This document shows positions 57,402 to 64,000 of a stretch of 64,000 nucleotides of DNA, piece by piece. Numbering within the stretch: the first letter of the stretch is position 1; every line of letters begins with the position of its first letter. A program made the translations under genes and the position numbers. This stretch comes from Octopus vulgaris (lineage: Eukaryota). The DNA lies in contig OX597814.1 of assembly GCA_951406725.2 (NCBI GenBank), positions 129,642,001-129,706,000 of the forward strand, given 5' to 3'. The notes below the pieces were generated by a model. It was not told where the DNA came from. It ran no database searches and saw nothing but the letters and a program-made list of their open reading frames with translations.

Positions 57402-57761
57402 ATATAGTTTCTTGCATAAATTGAGTCTCTTCTGGATTAATCAATATAATGTTAAACTCATCTTATCTGCTACTCATACTATTCTTTCCCCAACAGTTAA
57501 ACTCTAACGTCTATTTTTGGGGTTTTATTATTTTTCATCCTCATTGCTACATTCTAAGGAAATTCCTGATAATCTCAGCTCACATTTACCCCAACTTTAA
57601 AAAAAATAGTGTTAGGAGAGTATTGTTATTGTAACTATTAGAATGTTTTCACGAATATGCACGTAAAATATTGTAAGCACATGTCTAATTCTTACCTAGT
57701 ATATCTAAGTTCAGTCTTTTTTATGTAGCTGGTTTCGAATATTAATATCTTCCGTTATTCA

Positions 57762-57980
57762 AGGCGGTGAGCTGACAGGATCGTTGGCACGCCGAGGAAA
57801 ATGCTTAGCGGCATTTTGTCCGTCTTCACGTTCTGAGTTGTTCAAATGCTGCCGAGGTTCACTTTGCTTTTCATCCTATCGGGGTCAATAAAATAAGTAC
57901 CAGCTGAACACTGGGGGTCAATGTTATCAACTTATTCCCTCCCTTGAACTTGCTGGCCTTGTGCTAAAATCTGAAAACAA
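57762..57980 (+). mobile_element. SINE family C (diverged)
   Basis: AGGCGGTGAGCTGACAG...CTTTCATCCTATCGGGGTCAATAAAATAAGTACCAG. Confidence 0.8.
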
Positions 57981-58031
57981 TATTTTCTCTGTTATTTATC
58001 CCATAACCATCTTTTTAAGATGTTTTTCTGA

Positions 58032-58214
58032 GGCGTAGGAGTGGCTGTGTGATAAGTAGCTTGCTTACGAACCACATGGTTTAGGATTCAGTCCCACTGC
58101 GTGGCACCTTGGGCAAGTGTCTTCTACTATAGCCTCGGGCCGACAAAAGCTTTGTGAGTGGATTTGGTAGACGGAAACGGAAAGAAGCCCGTCGTATATA
58201 TATATATATATATA

Positions 58215-58275
<61 letters not shown>

Positions 58276-58485
58276 TAGTGCGTCTGTGTTTGTCCTACCA
58301 ATATCGCTTGACAACCAATGCTGGTGTGTTTACGTCCCCGTAACTTAGCGGTTCGACATAAGAGACCGATAGAATAAGTACAAGGTTTACAAAGAATAAG
58401 TCCTGGGGCCGATTTGCTCGACTAAAAAGGCGTTGTTCCAGCATGGCCGCAGTCAAATGACTGAAACAAGTAAAAGAGTAAAAGT
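58032..58485 (+). mobile_element. SINE family B, full length
   Basis: Consensus match. The flanks repeat TTTTTAAGATGTTTTTCTGA. Confidence 0.9.
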
Positions 58486-60044
58486 GATGTTTAAAATGTT
58501 TTCTGAGATGTCTTTTTAAGATGTTTTTCTGAGACAAAGTATTACAGCTAGTAGCGCTCCACGTTTGAATACACATTATGAATATTAAACTCACTCGTAT
58601 TTTAATCTAATTGACATATTAGGTTCACTTATTTTTTTAATTCTATCCTAGCTATCTTTTGAATGTTTCCAATTTCTACATCGAAGCAAACATTTTCAGC
58701 TTGGTTCATCACTGAGGTCAAATGAGGCCGAAACAGAGCGTTTGGCGATTCATAAGCGTTCTGAGCAAAACCGTATTTTCTTAATATAGAAGTTTCTCTG
58801 AGAAGTTTCTCTACAGCTAGTGATACCACTCCATGTTTGTATACATGTAATGGATGTTATACACAACAATATTTTAATATAAAGTGGTTTCAAGAGCGTT
58901 TATCAAAATACATTTATTTTTTTCGACCTGATTAATGTAAGTATAAATCTACGGTTTCTTAATTAATTAAATGTATCTTAAATATATTTATTGATTTTAG
59001 CTGGATATTTTATATCTTAATATATATAATAGCATATAAACAGAAAGTAGGTCTTAAATATATATTTGGACTTACTTCATATTTTTGATATGTTAATCTT
59101 TTATAGAATATATACCAGGTGGATTTAAATATCGATAAATTTAATATCTATATCGTATTTGATTAAATATATACCTACAATTTCAGTTTGAGTTTCATTT
59201 ATTGTATAGATATTATCAATATTGATACGAATGCATCCATGCACCCACTTAATTCGAACCACTAAATTTTCAGCCCAATCTTTTTTCTTTGTATCTTACT
59301 TAACACATGCTCTAAGATTATTACCTCCTTTTCGTTTCGATGGTCATGTTGGGGAGACACATTGAAGGGTTTAATCAATCAATTGACAATAGTACTTGTC
59401 ATTTTTTAAAGTCTGCTACTTATTCTAGCAATCCGTTTTGCCAAAAGGCTAAAATTCGGGGACATAAGTAAAGCAACACCAATTGTCAAGCGCTGAGAGC
59501 AATCGCAAAGAGCAATCGCAAAGACACGCACGCACGCACTCACGCTCGCACGTACACATACACACGTATATATATAAACCTTTCGTATATATATATATAT
59601 ATATATATATATAAGAGACCAAAGTGCACGTACGCCGATATATATATATATGCATGTATGTATATGTATGTATATAAAATACAAAATGGGATAAGAACGC
59701 AAAACATCCAAATAGACGATACAAAGAAAACAAGGACGGGTCATTCGAAATTTTCTTTCCTCACTAACGCACCAGATTATCCTCGCAATTTCGGTTGATT
59801 ATTCTTGAGATTGTTCCAATCTTGCCAACCCCAAGGAAAAACTAAGCTAAGAGCATTAGATTCCTTGGAAGAAAGCAGCGAATGTATACAAAAACAAGGA
59901 CGGAAAAACGGACAATGTTACACAAATATAAATACAATAAAAATGATAACAGGACATAACAACAGGTGTCTTTCGACTAAGGACGAATTGAATTAAGCTG
60001 GCGCATGTGAAAATGAAGCCTTACGGCAGAGATACATACCTACA

Positions 60045-60080
<36 letters not shown>

Positions 60081-60918
60081 TACGAAAGATTTCCACGCAG
60101 TTTCCATTTGCCAAGTTCCCTCAGAGACCATTGTGCCTGCTCCGGGCTATACTAAAAGTTACTTGCCCGAGGTGCCGGGCAGTAGGCCTAAACCCGAAGC
60201 TACATGGTTGCGAACTCCTTAACTACTTAGCCATGCCTATTTGCGCCTAAATTTAGATGTTTTTTAAAACTTGATTTAGATATCAACACCATTCCATTTT
60301 CTTAGTCGGCTACATATATATTAAATATATATATAAACATTGCTAAGTATCATTTTCTGACAGAGCAATCTTAGTTTTACACAGTCTTTACTATTTTCGG
60401 TTTTTACAAGGGAAATTCAACCTAAAGTATTAATCATGAACTATTTAATACATTGTTCTATTGTTCACTTACATATAGTATAGTTGTTACATTTGTTCTC
60501 ACTCATCTTTTCCTCCTGATATTATCAATTTTTTTCCACTACGAAATATTTAAATTGCAGAAAATTGTAGAAAATTACAGAAAATTATAAAATGGTATGA
60601 TGGATATATTTAACTTCAAAATTTTAGCTGGTTGTTGTGAGTATTTACAATCACATTTTTATAAGTATAAGTAAATTCATAAAGTTTACTGAATAATATA
60701 AGCTATTATTGATTAACTGACGCAATTACAAACAAACTAAAGCTGAACTAATATAAACTTGCTTCAGACTATGTTACTATCAGTCCCATACAATCTTCCA
60801 ATTATATATATATTGATAAAAATGGCAAAATAACAAAAGAAAGACAGAGACCTCGATATTATGTAAAATAGAAGAATTTATCTGTAAATGTAATATGAGA
60901 CAATTATTCGGTGGCCAT

Positions 60919-60979
60919 GATAAAACTCCGAGTTTCGGATGCCGAGGTGGAAATCCACGCCGCCATCTCTTCAGTTATC
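60919..60979 (-). ncRNA. Type I hammerhead ribozyme motif with canonical core
   Basis: The minus strand reads GATAA-CTGAAGA-GATG-gcggc-GTGG-attt-CCAC-ctcgg-CATC-C-GAA-ACTCGGAGT-T^TTATC: stem I GATAA/TTATC, near-palindromic stem III. Confidence 0.8.
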
Positions 60980-60999
60980 CGGTCATCGGAAAAATGCTA

Positions 61000-61062
<63 letters not shown>

Positions 61063-61430
61063 GGAATGGCCCTGATAGGCCATTCGACTCACTAGAAAGA
61101 GCAGCGAAAGCTCAAACCGCTAAATAGTAGTAATTCAGAAATCAAAGGAAAATTAAAACATTTACCCTAATCATCCTTGGACAATGCATTGTTTCGACGT
61201 ACTTTGCAAACTAGCCTAATTAAATTAAATTAAATTTAATCAAGTCAATCTACCACTGGCTTGTCTCATCGGCAAGGAGGCCAGGAGGAATAAATATTCC
61301 ACGAGGCAGCTTCATCGATGCTTCGGGAATATATACTCTAAATTTTCAAAATCTACCGTAATCGCGCCAACTTATCAGCAGCAAATATAAACTGCTGATT
61401 TAATTTCAGAATTAGTCAAAAAATCATTAA

Positions 61431-61502
<72 letters not shown>

Positions 61503-61545
61503 CATACATATACATACATATACATACATACATATACATACATAC

Positions 61546-61581
<36 letters not shown>

Positions 61582-61596
61582 ACATACATACATATA

Positions 61597-61668
<72 letters not shown>

Positions 61669-62621
61669 GACACGCATATTTTACGCACTGCGGTCTCTGT
61701 ATTTTCGTTCAGCTATCAAAATAACGACCTGTACGGTATTTATTCTGCATTATATAAACACATATATATATATATATATATATACATGTGTTATATATTC
61801 TGCATATATAACACATAGATGAATATGTGTTATATGTAAATTCAACCATTGTGATTCTTTTAATATATTCCGTTACTTTTCGGTCTCCTTGAATTTCCTC
61901 TCCGAATACAACAAACATATTCTTTGAACCAGACAATTTCTTCTTTTAAGTTTCGGCCATTAAAAATCATCAAATCCAGAGACCAAATTTCACGATGATA
62001 ACAATATTCTTTTGAATTATTAATTTTCCTCTAACCTTCAAAATTTTCTTTAAAACGTTTGTTCTTTAGTTAATAAAATTCTAAATGACATTGCCCCATT
62101 TGTTTCTTAATTTCACTTGTTAACATATGCACCTTTTATTTCAATTTACTTGTTATTAACTTCAAATAAATAAGTTTTGAAAGAATTTTAGTATGCTACA
62201 ATAAAGAATTGATTGGTAAGATCTACCAACATCAACACATACAGAAACATTAATATTGGAACATCAGTGAAATAACCACTGAAGCGAAAGCGATAACTAT
62301 ATTATTAAAGAAAGAAGACTGTGTGGTTCACTCGTCATGCAGTCGCCCCATATCACCCTTAAGGGCAATAAATATAATTTTCTTTCAAACCTTAAATGCA
62401 GTTCAATTAAATTTTATAAAGTGAGACAGGTATATTAAATAAGCGTACACTTAACATCGATTATTCTGATATCAGAAGGGTTAGATCAATGGAGCTGCAA
62501 CGTTACCGTTATCAACTGGCACCGTTAACGTCTTTGTTCTCTTGTAGAAACTCCACCTTGAAAGCCATGGATTTCGAGTCGCAAATCTTTAAGCGATGTG
62601 TCATTAAGAATAGTCTTGAAC

Positions 62622-63130
62622 TTACTTCTACTTGTACTTGTGACGGCTTTCACCCAGGGTGGGTTGAGCCGGCTTCTTCTCTGGTCCTGACGGCATCAGG
62701 AACCATGGCGGCCCACGCTCGACTGTCCTGTGCGAGGTCACTGGAGATAGCGAGCCATTCGCGGTTCTATCTGCGCAGACCAACCACCTGCGGACCTGAG
62801 AGTTCGGGGAGGTCCTCCTTTATCGTCGTTGCCCAGGTCTTCAGCTGCCCGCCCGTGCGTTTGCACCAGTTGGGAAGTGGAGGTGGGAGGAAGACATCGC
62901 GAATCAGCTCACCCTCTGGACGCCGGGCCGCATGACCGAACCACCTTAAGCGTCATTGTAGAAGCATCGAAGGGAGGGGCTGGAGATTCAGGCGCTGACG
63001 AAGACCGGCTGTAGGAACCCGATCAATGCGTCGGCAGCGAAGAATGCGGCGGAGACAGTCATTGTCAAACACCTCCAGCCTTTGCTGATCGGCTAACCTC
63101 ATAAGCCATGTTTCACAACCATAGAGGAGG
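62622..63130 (-). mobile_element. 5'-truncated RTE-clade LINE with (CAAGTA)-like tail
   Basis: LLYGCETW...RLEVFDNDCLRRIL...RLRWFGHAARRPEG...GGQLKTW. A 12-bp TSD ATAGTCTTGAAC flanks it (62610-62621 / 63131-63142). Confidence 0.9.
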
Positions 63131-63402
63131 ATAGTCTTGAACGCTAGGAAAAGAATCATATAACTCCTGTTGAATGAAAAAGAGAAGTGCCCCCCCCCCA
63201 CTTCTTTAACGTCTTTATGGGAAGCTGTGACGTGGCTGATATTGTAAATCTCAATGATTTATCTTCGTCGACACTGTCAAGAAGCAAACATCCTCCCACA
63301 AATCAACTTTGTACAGATACAATGACCAAGTAATTTCAAGCAATACCAGTTTTAAGAACTTAATTGTTTGTTCAAGAAGTTTGACTTAAATATAGCTATA
63401 TA

Positions 63403-63565
63403 GGCGCAGGAGTGGCTGTGTGGTAAGTAGCTTGCTTACTAACCACATGGTTCCGGTATCAGTGCCACTGCGTGGCACCTTGGGCAGTATCTTCTACTAT
63501 AGCCTCGGGTCGACCAAAGCCATGTGAGTGGATTTGGTAGACGGAAACTGAAAGAAGCCCGTCGT
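63403..63565 (+). mobile_element. SINE family B, 5' half
   Basis: Head and CORE-like block match the full copies. Confidence 0.9.
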
Positions 63566-63566
63566 A

Positions 63567-63598
<32 letters not shown>

Positions 63599-63765
63599 CT
63601 AATAAAAAGGGTTCGGCAAAAGAATTGTGTCGCCGTGTTAGCGGTCCTGTTTTCATACCGAATCCTACTTGGTGAAATTTATTGATTACTTCTTAATTAA
63701 TTAATTTTACCCTTTGATATTATATATATATATACATATATATACATATATATACATATATATAC

Positions 63766-63822
<57 letters not shown>

Positions 63823-64000
63823 CGTATTTTTGCCATTTCAATATGGCTAACCCCTAAGGGTGGATGCTACTGTAGTTTTTAGCCCCAGGAGGACAACTCC
63901 TCCAGCTGGCCATAGACACACTTTCTGTGTCCTGTCAGTATTTGCAAAGGGAAGTCATCCTTCCCGTCTTCAACTTATGATACACACGGACTCGAGTTTC

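Noticed and set aside
63819-64000. Possible retroelement 3' end at the window edge
   Set aside because: Too short and truncated to classify.

Overview
This is a eukaryotic, very AT- and microsatellite-rich, non-genic (intergenic or intronic) window. Three abundant tRNA-derived SINE families resembling the octopus OK/OR1/OR2-type SINEs point to an Octopus/cephalopod genome; this is an inference from recalled repeat sequences. I could not support any host protein-coding exon, and almost every ORF in the supplied track is a translation of (TA)n/(CA)n/(CATA)n repeats or of SINEs. Real coding remnants are all transposon-derived: two different Penelope-like (PLE) GIY-YIG endonuclease fragments (16329-17048, 17541-18281), RTE-clade LINE 3' ends, two R4/Dong-type RLE LINE 3' ends sitting in (CATA)n, a hAT (SPIN/Buster-like) transposase relic and a pogo/Tigger relic. 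Helitron/Helentron-type and mariner-type non-autonomous elements are also present. The most notable unannotated structure is a set of at least six sequence-unrelated type I hammerhead ribozyme motifs, plus several degenerate ones, lying in PLE-like fragments embedded in (TA)n tracts. The window also has several long foldback insertions at (TA)n tracts, and TSD-flanked SINE concatemers that all share one tail-to-head junction. Element boundaries are read by eye and are approximate unless a TSD is given.
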